The notes: generated by a model from the letters alone, not told the origin. DNA of 64,000 nt from an uncultured Actinomycetota bacterium (GCA_963740925.1 CAVUFZ010000003.1:337605-401604); one strand, 5' to 3'; numbered from the stretch's first letter, positions 29,607 through 40,173 are shown. Program-made: numbers and translations.

Positions 29607-30149
29607 CTAACCCGTCCTGCCCGCGTCGGGGGCGAACCGGTCCCGGTCGTAGGTGACGTCGTGGTAGCCGTGCGGCGCGGGTCGCCCGGCCTCGTCCAGT
29701 CCGACGAAGACGATCGTGCTGATGGTCAAGATCGACGAGCGGGTGATCATGTTGCGGACCTGCGCCTGCATCGTGATCGAGGTCCGCCCGAACGCGGTCG
29801 CCCGGAGGCCCATCTCGACCAGATCACCCTGCCGAGCGGAGCTGACGAAGTCGATCTCGGAGATGAGCTTGGTCACCACTCGGGGGTTGCCGAGCTGCAT
29901 GATCGCGTAGATCGTGGCCTCCTCGTCGATCCACTTCAGCAGGCTGCCGCCGAACAGAGTTCCGTTGGCGTTCAGGTCCTCGGGTCGGATCCACTTTCGC
30001 GTATAGAAGTTGATCGGCGCTGCACCGGCGGCGTCGTCGGGGGGCGTTGAGCCGGCCGGTCGAGACGCCACCTCACCGAAGACGTCGCTGTCCGAGCCGG
30101 CCTCTCCTGCCGCTCCATGTCCCTGGCCGACGCCCTTGGGCGCGGTCAT
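29607..30149 (-). CDS. hotdog-fold acyl-CoA thioesterase (start uncertain)
   Basis: RKWIRPEDLNANGTLFGGSLLKWIDEEA and VTKLISEIDFVSSARQGD. Confidence 0.88.
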   Translation of the reverse strand: MTAPKGVGQGHGAAGEAGSDSDVFGEVASRPAGSTPPDDAAGAAPINFYTRKWIRPEDLNANGTLFGGSLLKWIDEEATIYAIMQLGNPRVVTKLISEIDFVSSARQGDLVEMGLRATAFGRTSITMQAQVRNMITRSSILTISTIVFVGLDEAGRPAPHGYHDVTYDRDRFAPDAGRTG

Positions 30150-30436
30150 CGGCGGCCGCCCGCTCGCTGCCCGGTCACGTTCAACGCCGCAGCCACGCGT
30201 GAACGACCCTCATCGCTCGCTTGCCACCATCGCGTCGACTGTGGGAGGCGCTGACGGCTCTGATCGCGACGGACTCCTGAAGTGTCCGACGGGGATGTTC
30301 CGCTGGACGGAACGCCGTTCTTCACGACGGGATCGTAAGAAGGCTGCCGTTTCAGGGTCAAGAGAGATCGCCGGGGGTCGAGAACGACAGAACCATCTGA
30401 GGTGCTGACGGTGAACCCGGCGGCGCAGAGCAGTCC

Positions 30437-30530
30437 GGTCCTCGAGGACGCCGACCATCTCATGACCGAGGGCGAGGGGCGGGCCAGCCCGCTGATGGGT
30501 ACCGACCAGGATGGCCAGATCCGAACTCTG
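30437..30530 (-). pseudogene. remnant of a zinc-dependent alcohol dehydrogenase (MDR) N-terminus
   Basis: Translates SSDLAILVGTHQRAGPPLALGHEMVGVLED, matching the (C)GSDL..G.HP...PL.LGHE..G.V pattern; catalytic Cys and the rest of the gene are absent. Confidence 0.45.
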
Positions 30531-30537
30531 CTCACCA

Positions 30538-30999
30538 TCAGACCGCACTGGCGGCGTTCAGCGGGTTGTCCGCCACCGTCTCCGACATCGACTCCAGCAA
30601 CTGTGCGACGAGGGCGAGGACCATAGTGTCCTGCCGCATGATCGACTGACCGAACGGGCCTCGCGCCCGCGCGAACGACGACCCCACTCGCAGAATCGCC
30701 TGCTTCGTCTCGCTCCGGTCCGGCCCGGGAACACGCTCCAGCAGATCGGCGACCTGATTCAGACCGGAAACGATCGAGCGGCCGTCCAGGGCGAACTGGT
30801 CGAACATCCAGTTGCGGTTGCGACTGACGGCGTCGAGCAACTGCCAACTGAGCGCACCCCGCTCCGGCGCGTCGTCCACGGCCCGCCAGAACGCCTTCTG
30901 CTCCGGCTCGTCCAGATGGTCACGACCGACCATGGCGCTGACCACCCACAGCGGCGCGAACTGCAGCGTCTGCCATTCGCGCTCTGACCAGTTGCTCAT
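30538..30999 (-). CDS. hypothetical protein (153 aa)
   Basis: High-GC3 codon pattern and globular composition; no motif recognised. Confidence 0.6.
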   Translation of the reverse strand: MSNWSEREWQTLQFAPLWVVSAMVGRDHLDEPEQKAFWRAVDDAPERGALSWQLLDAVSRNRNWMFDQFALDGRSIVSGLNQVADLLERVPGPDRSETKQAILRVGSSFARARGPFGQSIMRQDTMVLALVAQLLESMSETVADNPLNAASAV

Positions 31000-31083
31000 C
31001 AACCCACTACCCGCCGTCTTCAGCCCGAACGCAACGAGACGATCGGCGCCGACCACTCGTGCCCGCCTCTTCGCCCGGCACGA

Positions 31084-31464
31084 TCAAAGGGACGCCCGAG
31101 TGGGAATCTTCACCGTCAGGACGGGGACCGGAGACTGGAGCAGGAGCCGTTGGGTCACGCTGCCCAGCACCGCCTTGCCGACGGGGGTCCGCTTGCGCAT
31201 CCCCAGGACGAGCCGTGCGATGTCCCGCTCGGCGATCTCGTCCAGCACGGCCTCGACCGGGTCGCGGTCGTCGGGCCCGCTGCGCTCCAGCACGGTGACC
31301 GAGAGGTCGGTGCCGTCGGGCAACTCCAGTGGCGCGGCGGCGAACGACCCCAAGCTCAGATGCAGAACCACCAGATCGGTCCGCAGCAGTCGGGCCTCGG
31401 CGACCGCGGCCGTCAGCGCGGCCTGACCCTCGGCGTTGTCGGCCACGACGACCAGCACGCTCAT
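31084..31464 (-). CDS. universal stress protein (single short USP domain)
   Basis: MSVLVVVADNAEG...LVLGMRKRTPVGKAVLGSVTQRLLLQSPVPVLTVK; ATGA overlap with the upstream transporter. Confidence 0.88.
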   Translation of the reverse strand: MSVLVVVADNAEGQAALTAAVAEARLLRTDLVVLHLSLGSFAAAPLELPDGTDLSVTVLERSGPDDRDPVEAVLDEIAERDIARLVLGMRKRTPVGKAVLGSVTQRLLLQSPVPVLTVKIPTRASL

Positions 31465-32906
31465 CGGGCGGTCACCTTCGCGCCGCCGTTCTCGCCGGCT
31501 TCGCGCCGGAAGCGCTCCTCCAACTGCTCGAGGGAAAAGCCCCGGGTCTCGGGGACGAACCGCCAGGCGAACAGCAGGCCGCAAGCGTTCAGCGCGGCGA
31601 AGATGAAGAACGTCGGAGAGATGCCGAGTGCGGCGACCACCGGCGGGAAAGCCGCGGCCACGCCCGCGTTGGCCAGCCACAGCACCAGGATCGAGATACC
31701 CATGGCCAGGCTGCGGATCTTCAGCGGGAACAACTCCGAGATCATCAGCCAGACCAGCGGACCGAGCGTGCCCTGCATCGAGAAGACGAAGAGCACCACG
31801 AAGATCAACACCACCACGGCCTTGACGATGCCGTCCGGCAGCAGCGAGGCCGACAGACCGACCAGCAGGTGGAAGAAGGTGACCAGGCTGAAGCCGGCGA
31901 TCAGCATCGTCCGTCGGTTCAGCTTGTTGATCAGGGCGATGCCGGTCAGACAGCCGGCCAGGCTGAACACCCCGTTGAGGATGTTGGCCAGGATCGCTCC
32001 GCTGGCCGAGAAGCCGGCTGTGGTCAGCAACTGGGTGCCGTAGTACATGATCGAGTTGATGCCGGTGAGCTGCTGGAACACCCCGAGCAGGGCGCCGATG
32101 ACGATCAGCTTCCTGATCCACGGCACCGAGAGATCGGTGGCCCCGCCGGTCTTGGCCTTCTTCTCCTCGTCGGCCAGCGCCCGCACCTCGGCCATCTCGG
32201 CCTCGGCCCGCTCGTCGGTGCGGACCTGTTTCAGCACGGCCAGCGCCTCCTCGTCGCGGCCCTGGGCGACCAGCCAGCGGGGACTCTCCGGCATCCGTAA
32301 CATCCCGATGAACAAGGCGACCGCAGGCAGTACGGCAACGAGCAGCATCACCCGCCAGATGCTTTCGACCTGGCCCCAGATCTGGTAGATCACCGCATTG
32401 ATGACGAAGGCGGCGAACTGACCGCTGACGATCATCACCTCGTTGCGGCTGACCAGGCTGCCGCGGCGCTCGAACGGGGCCACCTCGGCCAGGTAGGCCG
32501 GCACCGTCGCCGATGCGCCACCCACGGCCAGCCCGAGGATGAACCGGAAGCCGGCCAGCACCTCCCACGTCGGCGACAGCACCTCCCCGATGGTGCCGAC
32601 CATGAAGATGATCGACAGCATGATGATGTTGTGCCGACGGCCCTGCTTGTCCGACAACATCCCACCGAACAGCGCTCCGATGGCTGCACCGAAGATCAGC
32701 ACGCTGACCACGAACCCCTCGATCCCCGGGGTCAGGCCGAGGTCGGTGCGTAGCGGTTCGAGGGCGCCGTTGATGACGCCGGTGTCGTAGCCGAACAGGA
32801 GTCCGCCGAAGGTGGCGACGACAGCGATCGTCCCCAGCCGTCGAGAATGCGGGCCCCGGGTGTCCGGGGGTAGATCGATCGTGGGGCTCACCGTGTCGTG
32901 CGCCAT
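31461..32906 (-). CDS. iolT: sugar porter family MFS, IolT-like
   Basis: FGGLLFGYDTGVINGAL, SDKQGRR, AYLAEVAP, PESPRWL, QQLTGINSIMYYG and PETRG; RBS GGAGGA before ATG 32906. Confidence 0.9.
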   Translation of the reverse strand: MAHDTVSPTIDLPPDTRGPHSRRLGTIAVVATFGGLLFGYDTGVINGALEPLRTDLGLTPGIEGFVVSVLIFGAAIGALFGGMLSDKQGRRHNIIMLSIIFMVGTIGEVLSPTWEVLAGFRFILGLAVGGASATVPAYLAEVAPFERRGSLVSRNEVMIVSGQFAAFVINAVIYQIWGQVESIWRVMLLVAVLPAVALFIGMLRMPESPRWLVAQGRDEEALAVLKQVRTDERAEAEMAEVRALADEEKKAKTGGATDLSVPWIRKLIVIGALLGVFQQLTGINSIMYYGTQLLTTAGFSASGAILANILNGVFSLAGCLTGIALINKLNRRTMLIAGFSLVTFFHLLVGLSASLLPDGIVKAVVVLIFVVLFVFSMQGTLGPLVWLMISELFPLKIRSLAMGISILVLWLANAGVAAAFPPVVAALGISPTFFIFAALNACGLLFAWRFVPETRGFSLEQLEERFRREAGENGGAKVTAR

Positions 32907-32971
32907 GCTGGTTCCTCCTCCGTTGGTGGAAACTCCCTGGTCTCTTGACGGGAGACTCGGTCCCGCGCTCG

Positions 32972-34477
32972 TTACTGGTTCTGCGGGAAGCCCAGGTTCA
33001 GCCCGCCGTGACTCGGATCGAGCCAGCGGCTGGTCACCACCTTGCCACGGGTGAAGAAGTGAACGCCTTCGGTGCCGTGGGCGTGGGTGTCGCCGAACAG
33101 GCTGTTCTTCCACCCACCGAAGGAGTAGTAGGCCATCGGCACCGGGACCGGGACGTTGATACCGATCATCCCGACCTTCACCTCGTTCTGGAACTGCCGG
33201 GCGGCACCGCCGTCGTTGGTGAAGATGGCGACGCCGTTGCCGTAGGGGTTGTCGTTGATCAGCTTCACCCCGTCCTCGTAGTTGTCTACCCGGACCACTG
33301 ACAGCACCGGGCCGAAGATCTCGTCGGTGTAGATGCTCATGTCGGTCGTGACGTGGTCGAACAGGGTCGGGCCCACGAAGAAGCCTTCACCGTCGGCGTC
33401 GAAGCCGCCCGCGGTGCTGCTGGCGCGACCGTCGACCACGAGGGTGGCGCCGGCCTCCTCGCCGGCGTCGATGTAGCCCGAAACCCGCTGCTGGGCCACC
33501 GAGGTGACCAGCGGGCCCATGTCGCAGCCGCGAGTGCCGTCACCGGTCCGCAGCGTGTGGGCACGTTCAGCGATCTTGGCCACCAACTCGTCGCCGATGT
33601 CCCCGACGGCCAGTACGGCCGAGATCGCCATACAGCGCTCGCCGGCCGAGCCGAAGCCGGCGTTGATGGCCTGGTCGGCGGCCAGATCGAGATCGGCGTC
33701 CGGCAGCACCAGCATGTGGTTCTTGGCTCCACCCAGCGCCTGGACCCGCTTGCCGTGGCTGGTGCCGGTCTCGTAGACGTAACGGGCGATCGGGGTCGAG
33801 CCGACGAAGCTGATGGAGTCGACCTCGGGGTGGGTCAACAGCGTGTCCACGGCCTCCTTGTCACCGTTGACGACGTTGAAGACACCGTCGGGCAAGCCGG
33901 CCTCCTTCCACAACTGCGCCATCCACAGCGCAGCGGTCGGCACCTTCTCACTCGGCTTGAGCACCACCGCGTTACCGGCGGCGATGGCGATCGGGAAGAA
34001 CCACATCGGCACCATGGCCGGGAAGTTGAACGGGCTGATGATCCCGACCACGCCGAGCGGCTGGCGAACCGAGTGGACGTCGACCTTGGTCGAGGCGTTC
34101 TCGGTGAAGCCGCCCTTGAGCAGGTGGGCGATCCCGCAGGCGAACTCGACCACCTCCTGGCCGCGGCTCACCTCACCGAGGGCGTCGGAGAGGACCTTGC
34201 CGTGTTCGGAGGTGATGATCTCGGCCAGCTCACCCTTCCGGGCGTTGAGCAACTCCCGGAAGGCGAACATGACCGTGGTGCGCTTGGCCAATGACGTGTC
34301 GCGCCACTTCGGGAAGGCCGCCCGGGCGGCCGCGATCACCTCGCCCACCTCGTCGGCCGAGGCGAGCGAGAGCTGGGCGCTGACCTCGCCGGTGGCCGGG
34401 TTGGTCACATCGGAGAACCGGCCCGAGGTGCTCTCGAAGTCGGCGCCGTTCTTCCAGTGGTGCAGGGTGGTGGCCAT
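32972..34477 (-). CDS. iolA: CoA-acylating (methyl)malonate-semialdehyde dehydrogenase
   Basis: PFNFPAMVPMW, KPSE, FVGSTP, LGGAKNH, AGFGSAGERCMA, EIFGPV and FGGWKNSLFGD. Confidence 0.95.
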   Translation of the reverse strand: MATTLHHWKNGADFESTSGRFSDVTNPATGEVSAQLSLASADEVGEVIAAARAAFPKWRDTSLAKRTTVMFAFRELLNARKGELAEIITSEHGKVLSDALGEVSRGQEVVEFACGIAHLLKGGFTENASTKVDVHSVRQPLGVVGIISPFNFPAMVPMWFFPIAIAAGNAVVLKPSEKVPTAALWMAQLWKEAGLPDGVFNVVNGDKEAVDTLLTHPEVDSISFVGSTPIARYVYETGTSHGKRVQALGGAKNHMLVLPDADLDLAADQAINAGFGSAGERCMAISAVLAVGDIGDELVAKIAERAHTLRTGDGTRGCDMGPLVTSVAQQRVSGYIDAGEEAGATLVVDGRASSTAGGFDADGEGFFVGPTLFDHVTTDMSIYTDEIFGPVLSVVRVDNYEDGVKLINDNPYGNGVAIFTNDGGAARQFQNEVKVGMIGINVPVPVPMAYYSFGGWKNSLFGDTHAHGTEGVHFFTRGKVVTSRWLDPSHGGLNLGFPQNQ

Positions 34478-34517
34478 CAGATTCTCTTTCCTGGTTGCGT
34501 TTGCGCTGAAGGAGGGC

Positions 34518-35384
34518 TCAGCTGGTGAAGTGCTGGTCGATCAAGGCCTGGGCCTGTTCGCGCTGCCGGGTGTTCACGCCGTCGGCGTCCTCTTCGAAAC
34601 CGAACACGCAGCTCGAGATCACCCCGTCGAAGTCGACCGAGGCGAGGGCGGCGAAGATGTCGTCGTAAGGCACCTCGCCGCGGCCCATCTCCATGTGCTG
34701 ATGGACCCGGACGGGGTTGCCCGGCGGGTTGGTGATGTAGCGCAACCCGTGGCTGGCCGTGTGGTCGAAGGCGTCGGCCAGATGGACATAGCGGGTCTTC
34801 TCCCCCGCGGCCGCGATGATCTCGGCCGGGCTGTGACCCTGGTGGAAAGCGTGCGGGGTGCAGTAGAGGAAGCCGATCCAGTCCCGGTTCAGCCCGCGCA
34901 GCATCCCGACCGCGTCCAACCCGTCCTCGATGAAGTCGTCCGGATGCGGCTCGATGATCAACTGCAGGCCTTCGCGCTCGAAGACGGGCAGCAACTCGTC
35001 CATCGAGCGCAGGAACATCGCCTCGGCGTGCTCGGGTTCTTCCGGCCGGCCGTTGAACTCGGTGTTGATCACCTCGACCCCGAGATCGACCGCGATCTGG
35101 ATGATCCGCCGGAACGAGCGGACCGCCGCCTGGCGCTCGTCCTCACCCGGACCGGACCAGCGCTGCACGGGCAGCAACGAGGCGATCCCGACCCCGGCGT
35201 CCGCGGCGACCTTCTTCAACTGCGCCACGCCGGCGTCGTCGACCCTGGGGTGTCGGAAGAAGGGCACGAAGTCGCTCTTCGGCGACAACTCCATCCACTG
35301 ATAGCCCAACCGGGCCACGATGTCGGGCAACTCCCAGACCGAGTGGTCGGCGAAGTACATCTGCGGGTCGAGGGCCAGTTTCAT
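34518..35384 (-). CDS. iolH: sugar phosphate isomerase/epimerase, IolH-like
   Basis: MKLALDP.M, IEPHPDDF, HLADAFDH and RVHQH; located in the iol operon. Confidence 0.8.
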   Translation of the reverse strand: MKLALDPQMYFADHSVWELPDIVARLGYQWMELSPKSDFVPFFRHPRVDDAGVAQLKKVAADAGVGIASLLPVQRWSGPGEDERQAAVRSFRRIIQIAVDLGVEVINTEFNGRPEEPEHAEAMFLRSMDELLPVFEREGLQLIIEPHPDDFIEDGLDAVGMLRGLNRDWIGFLYCTPHAFHQGHSPAEIIAAAGEKTRYVHLADAFDHTASHGLRYITNPPGNPVRVHQHMEMGRGEVPYDDIFAALASVDFDGVISSCVFGFEEDADGVNTRQREQAQALIDQHFTS

Positions 35385-36391
35385 GGTCGGCTCCCCAGCT
35401 CGATGGCCACCTTGTCGCCGGTCCGGAACGCCTGCACCCCAGCCTCACAGGCCACGACCGCGGCGTAACCGTCCCAGACGCCCGGGCCATCGATGCCGCC
35501 GGCCCGGGCCGCGTCCACCCAGCGCTGCAGTTCGGTGTCGTAGGCAGCGCCGAAGCGTTCGACGAAGCCTGGGGAGATAGCGCCGGAGCGGCGTCCGTCC
35601 GGACCGGTCCGGATCAGCTGCTGGTCGAGCCCGATCATGGCCGAACCCTGCTCACCGACGACCTCGGTCCGCACCTCGTAGCCGACGCCGGTCCGGACGA
35701 AGACCTCATCGGTGACGATCCGGCCGGAGGCGGTCTCGAAGACGACCAACAACGGGTCGTTGGTGCCCGCGGGCGCGGCCGCGGTGGCGACACCACCGAT
35801 CACCCGGACGCTGCTCAGCTCCTCGCCCAGCAGGAACCGGGCCGCATCCACCTCGTGCACCACCGAGTCCCTGATCATGAATTCGGAGTTGAAATGATCG
35901 CCGACTGCTTCGTTGCGGTGCACGCAGTGCACCATCAGCGGGTTGCCCAGCCCACCCGAGGCGATCAGGTCGCGCAGAGCGACGTACTCGGCGTCGAAAC
36001 GACGCATGAACCCGACCTGCACCAGGGGTCGGCCCACCTTCGCCTCGGCCTGCACCAAGGCGTAGGAGCTCTCGGCGTCGGTGGTCAGCGGCTTCTCGCA
36101 CAACACCGGGATGCCGCGCTTCAGACACGCGCTCACCTGATCGAAGTGGGTGTTGCCCGGCGTGGCCAGCAGGACGGCGTCCACCTCGTCGTCGTTGATC
36201 GCCTCGATCGGGTCGGCCACCGCCCGGGCGCCGATCTTCGCGCCCAGCTCGGTGGCGAGATCGGCTACGTAGTCGTTGACCACACTGACGGTGACGCCCT
36301 TGATCCGGCTGGCCAGGGCCTCGACGTGGAAGGCGCCCATCATGCCGAGGCCGAGCACGGCCACCCGAAGATCGTCCTTGGTCTCGCTCAT
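35381..36391 (-). CDS. iolG: myo-inositol 2-dehydrogenase (Gfo/Idh/MocA)
   Basis: GLGMMG Rossmann motif, CEKP, QVGFMRRFD and SVVHEVD. Confidence 0.85.
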   Translation of the reverse strand: MSETKDDLRVAVLGLGMMGAFHVEALASRIKGVTVSVVNDYVADLATELGAKIGARAVADPIEAINDDEVDAVLLATPGNTHFDQVSACLKRGIPVLCEKPLTTDAESSYALVQAEAKVGRPLVQVGFMRRFDAEYVALRDLIASGGLGNPLMVHCVHRNEAVGDHFNSEFMIRDSVVHEVDAARFLLGEELSSVRVIGGVATAAAPAGTNDPLLVVFETASGRIVTDEVFVRTGVGYEVRTEVVGEQGSAMIGLDQQLIRTGPDGRRSGAISPGFVERFGAAYDTELQRWVDAARAGGIDGPGVWDGYAAVVACEAGVQAFRTGDKVAIELGSRP

Positions 36392-37314
36392 CGTCCGGCT
36401 CCGTCCACTCGGCCCATGTCGATCTTGACGTCGCTGCATCCGGACAGGTAGGTCTTGGTGCGCTTGGCGATCGGCAGCGGAACGTCCGGCGCGCACGGGT
36501 AGAGGTCGTGCTCGATGATCCCCTTGATCGGACGGCCGAGACCGGCCAGCGCCTCCAGCACCGGCGGCATCTCCGGCACCCCGCGCGGCGGCTCGGTCAT
36601 CGCCCCCATCCGGACGGCCTCCGGCCAGACCACGTTCTTCGCCCGCACTTCAGCCATCACGGCCGGGTCGACCTGCTTGAGGTGGACGTAGCCTATCCGG
36701 TCCGGGTACTTCGTGATCAGCTCGACGCAATCGCCGTCGTAGTAGGCGATGTGGCCGGTGTCCAGGCAGAGGTTGACCTTGGCCGGGTCGGTGCTCTCCA
36801 GGAACCGCTCGACGTCGCGCTGATAGCCGACGTGGCTCTCGGCGTGCGGGTGGAACTGGACGTTGAGGCCGTACTCGTCCAGGATCCTTCTGCCCAGCTC
36901 GTCGGTCTGGCTGGTCAGCAGCTGCCACTGCTCGGCGGTAAGTGTCGACGGCTCCAGATCGGCGCCGGTCTTCTCGTCCCGCCACATCGCCGGGATGACC
37001 ACGATGTGCTCGCCACCGACGGCTTTAGTCAGCGCGGCCACGTTGGTGACCTGTTGCCAGACGTGGTCCCACGACCCGGGCTGGTGCAGGCCGGAGAACA
37101 CGGTGCCGGCCAGCACCGACAGGTGGTGCTTCTCCAACGCCTCACTCAGGGCCGCCGGATCGGTCGGCAGGTAGCCGTACGGGCCGAGTTCGATCGCCTC
37201 GTAGCCGGCTTCGGCGACCTCGGCCAGAAATCGATCGGACGGCAGCTGCTCAGGGTCGCTGGGGAACCAGACGCCCCAGCTGTCCGGGGCGGTGCCGATG
37301 GTGAGGGTGGACAC
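36388..37314 (-). CDS. iolE: 2-keto-myo-inositol (inosose) dehydratase
   Basis: GTAPDSWGVWF, ELGPYGYLP, FHPHA, LCLDTGH, HLKQVD and EHDLYP. Confidence 0.85.
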   Translation of the reverse strand: MSTLTIGTAPDSWGVWFPSDPEQLPSDRFLAEVAEAGYEAIELGPYGYLPTDPAALSEALEKHHLSVLAGTVFSGLHQPGSWDHVWQQVTNVAALTKAVGGEHIVVIPAMWRDEKTGADLEPSTLTAEQWQLLTSQTDELGRRILDEYGLNVQFHPHAESHVGYQRDVERFLESTDPAKVNLCLDTGHIAYYDGDCVELITKYPDRIGYVHLKQVDPAVMAEVRAKNVVWPEAVRMGAMTEPPRGVPEMPPVLEALAGLGRPIKGIIEHDLYPCAPDVPLPIAKRTKTYLSGCSDVKIDMGRVDGAGR

Positions 37315-37380
37315 GAGAACGGAACTCCTTGGTCGAGAGGGGTTGGTCGAGCGGGGTCTTGTCGGAAGAAGTGAACCGGC

Positions 37381-39279
37381 TCAGCTGGTCGGACGGAGAT
37401 AGCGGCGCTGGTCGGCTTTGTGTTCGTCATAGGTGATCCGGGCTGCCCGGGTGGACTCCAGGGTTGAGGTCTCACTCACCGGGACGTCCCACCACGACTC
37501 CGAACTCGGGGCATCGATCAACGGGTCGGTCTCCACGTAGATCACGCACGGATCGGTGCCGGCCTTGGCCTGCTTGATCGCGTCCGCCAGCTCGGACTTG
37601 GTGGCGGCCCGGATCACCTCCAGGCCGAAGCTGGCTGCGTTGGCGGCGAGGTCGATCGGCAGTTTGGCCCCATCGAGCCGACCGGATTCGCTGTCGCGGT
37701 AGCGATATCGGGTCCCGAAGCGCTGCGAGCCGAGGGACTCCGAGAGCGAACCGATCGAGGCGAAGCCGTGGTTCTGGACCAGCACCAGGATGACCTTCAG
37801 GCCCTCCTGGACCGCAGTGGCCAGCTCGGTCGCCATCATCAGGTACGAGCCGTCCCCGACCATGACGAAGACGTCTCGGTCCGGACAGGCCAGCCGGACC
37901 CCGAGGCCGCCGGCTACTTCGTAGCCCATACAGGAATAGCCGTACTCGACGTGGTAGCCCTTCGGATCGCGAACCCGCCACAGCTTGTGCAGATCACCGG
38001 GCATCGACCCGGCCGCACAGACCACCACGTCACGCGGATCGGACAGCTCGTTGACCGCGCCGATCACCGAGTTCTGGGTCAGTAGTCCGTCGGCCGGCTC
38101 TTCCTCGGCGTAGGCCTGCTCCACCGTGCTTTCCCAGGCAGCGTTCTGCTCGGCGACGCTGTTCGCGTACTCGGTGCTGACCTGATAGTCACCGAGGGCG
38201 GAGGCCAACGCCAGCAGCGATTCCCTGGCGTCGGCCTGCACTGCGTAGCCGGCCTGCTTGACCGCATCGATCGGCGCGACGTTGACGTTGACGAACCGCA
38301 CGTCAGGGTTGGCGAAGGCCGTCCGGCTGGCCGTGGTGAAGTCCTCGTAACGAGTACCGATCCCGATCACCACGTCGGTCTCGTGGGCGATGGTGTTGGC
38401 GGCCGTGGTGCCGGTGGAGCCGATCGCCCCCAGGCACTGCGGGTGGTCATAGACCAGCGTTCCCTTGCCGGCCTGCGTTTGTCCGACCGGGATGCCGGTC
38501 TGCTCGCACAGCGCAGCCAGAGCGTCGGTGGCGCCGGAGTAGTGCACGCCGCCGCCGGCCACGATCAGCGGCTTCTTTGCGCTGGCGATGATCTCTGCCG
38601 CGTGTTGCAGCCGTCCGGTCTCGGGCAGCGGACGGGCGATGTGCCAGACCCGCTTGGCGAACAGCTCGTTCGGCCAGTTGTGGGCCTGTGCCTGCACGTC
38701 CTGAGGGAAGCAGACGGTGACGGCGCCCGTCTCGGCCGGATCGGTCAGCACCCGCATCGCCGAGATCATCGCTGCCGGCAGCTGCTCGGGTCGCCATATC
38801 CGGTCGAAATACTTGCTGACCGGGCGGAAGACGTCGTTGACGGTGGTGTCACCGGACCAGGGCAGCTCGAGTTCCTGCAGCAGCGGCGATGCGGCACGGT
38901 CGGCGAACGTATCGGCGGGCAGCAGCAACACCGGCAGCCGGTTGATGGTGGCCAGCGCGGCGCCGGTGACCATGTTGGTCGCACCCGGGCCGACCGAGGA
39001 GGAGATCGCGTAGGTCTGCAGCCGGTTCTTCATCCGGGCGTAGGCGACCGCGCTGTGCACCATGGCCTGTTCGTTGCGGCCCAGGATGTAGGGCAGGCAG
39101 TCCGGCTCTTCGAGTTCGGCCTGCAGCAACGCCTGACCGATGCCGGCGACGTTGCCGTGGCCGAAGATGCCGAAGCACCCGGCGAACAACTTCTGCTCGA
39201 CCCCGTCGGACTCGCTGTACTGCGCGCCGAGGAACTTCACCAGTGCCTGGGCGACGGTCAGCCGCACCGTCTCGTTCAT
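37381..39279 (-). CDS. iolD: 3D-(3,5/4)-trihydroxycyclohexane-1,2-dione acylhydrolase
   Basis: RLTVAQALVKFL, GIFGHGNVAG, RNEQAMVH, EYGYSCMGYE and TPP motif GDGSYLM. Confidence 0.97.
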   Translation of the reverse strand: MNETVRLTVAQALVKFLGAQYSESDGVEQKLFAGCFGIFGHGNVAGIGQALLQAELEEPDCLPYILGRNEQAMVHSAVAYARMKNRLQTYAISSSVGPGATNMVTGAALATINRLPVLLLPADTFADRAASPLLQELELPWSGDTTVNDVFRPVSKYFDRIWRPEQLPAAMISAMRVLTDPAETGAVTVCFPQDVQAQAHNWPNELFAKRVWHIARPLPETGRLQHAAEIIASAKKPLIVAGGGVHYSGATDALAALCEQTGIPVGQTQAGKGTLVYDHPQCLGAIGSTGTTAANTIAHETDVVIGIGTRYEDFTTASRTAFANPDVRFVNVNVAPIDAVKQAGYAVQADARESLLALASALGDYQVSTEYANSVAEQNAAWESTVEQAYAEEEPADGLLTQNSVIGAVNELSDPRDVVVCAAGSMPGDLHKLWRVRDPKGYHVEYGYSCMGYEVAGGLGVRLACPDRDVFVMVGDGSYLMMATELATAVQEGLKVILVLVQNHGFASIGSLSESLGSQRFGTRYRYRDSESGRLDGAKLPIDLAANAASFGLEVIRAATKSELADAIKQAKAGTDPCVIYVETDPLIDAPSSESWWDVPVSETSTLESTRAARITYDEHKADQRRYLRPTS

Positions 39280-39290
39280 CTCTGCCTCTC

Positions 39291-40163
39291 TCACTTGCTC
39301 GTCAGCCGCGGGTCGATCTGCTGGTCGGCCCAGCCCGCCCGGATCCAGGCCTGGTCGGGGTGATCGGAGATCTTCCACACCCGCTCCCCCGGACCGGCCA
39401 TCACGTTCAGGTAGTACATGGTCTGGCCGGGCGCGGCGCTGGCCGGACCGTGCCAGCCGTAGGGCACCAGTACGGTGTCGCGATCGTGCACCTCCAGACA
39501 CAGATCGATGTCGTGGCCCGGTGAGGACGACGTGCGGAAGAAGCCGATCCCCGGCTCACCCTGCGGGCCGGACTCGATCTCGAAGTAATAGATCTCCTCC
39601 AGTTCGCTCTCGTGCTCACTCGCCTGGTCGTGCTTGTGCGCCGGGTAGGACGACCAGTTGCCGCCCGGGGTGATCACCTCACACGCGATGATCGAACCGG
39701 CCTCGAGCGCCTCGGGGGTGCCGAAGTTGCGGACCTGCCGGGAGCACTGCCCCGCTCCGCGCAATTCCACCGGGACCTCGGCGGCCGGGCCGTACCGCAG
39801 CGGCAGATCAGCCTCGGTGCGGGCACCGCAGAGGGCGAAGCGGCCACCGGAGACACTGCCGATCGCCATCGTCGAGTTCCGTGGTACGTAGGCGAAATCG
39901 GTCGGACCGGCGAACACCGACGGCCGTCCGGCCAGTTCGAGGTGGTCATCCCCGACAGCCACCAACGCCGACCCGCTCAGCGGCACCACGATGATCTCGT
40001 CCGGCCCGGTGTGCAGGGTCTCGGTCTGGTTGGCGTCCAGGGCGAGGACCTTCAGCGACGAATAGCCCCAGCCTGCCGACTCGGGACTGACGTCGACCTG
40101 GTAGCCGTCTCCGCCGGCCTCCCGGGCCGGTAGGTAGAGGTTCGCTCGATCAGAGCTGGGCAT
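39291..40163 (-). CDS. iolB: 5-deoxy-glucuronate isomerase
   Basis: EVITPGGNWSSYPAHKHD, LEEIYY and VPYGWHGP...YYLNVMAGP. Confidence 0.95.
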   Translation of the reverse strand: MPSSDRANLYLPAREAGGDGYQVDVSPESAGWGYSSLKVLALDANQTETLHTGPDEIIVVPLSGSALVAVGDDHLELAGRPSVFAGPTDFAYVPRNSTMAIGSVSGGRFALCGARTEADLPLRYGPAAEVPVELRGAGQCSRQVRNFGTPEALEAGSIIACEVITPGGNWSSYPAHKHDQASEHESELEEIYYFEIESGPQGEPGIGFFRTSSSPGHDIDLCLEVHDRDTVLVPYGWHGPASAAPGQTMYYLNVMAGPGERVWKISDHPDQAWIRAGWADQQIDPRLTSK

Positions 40164-40173
40164 GGTCGCCTCC

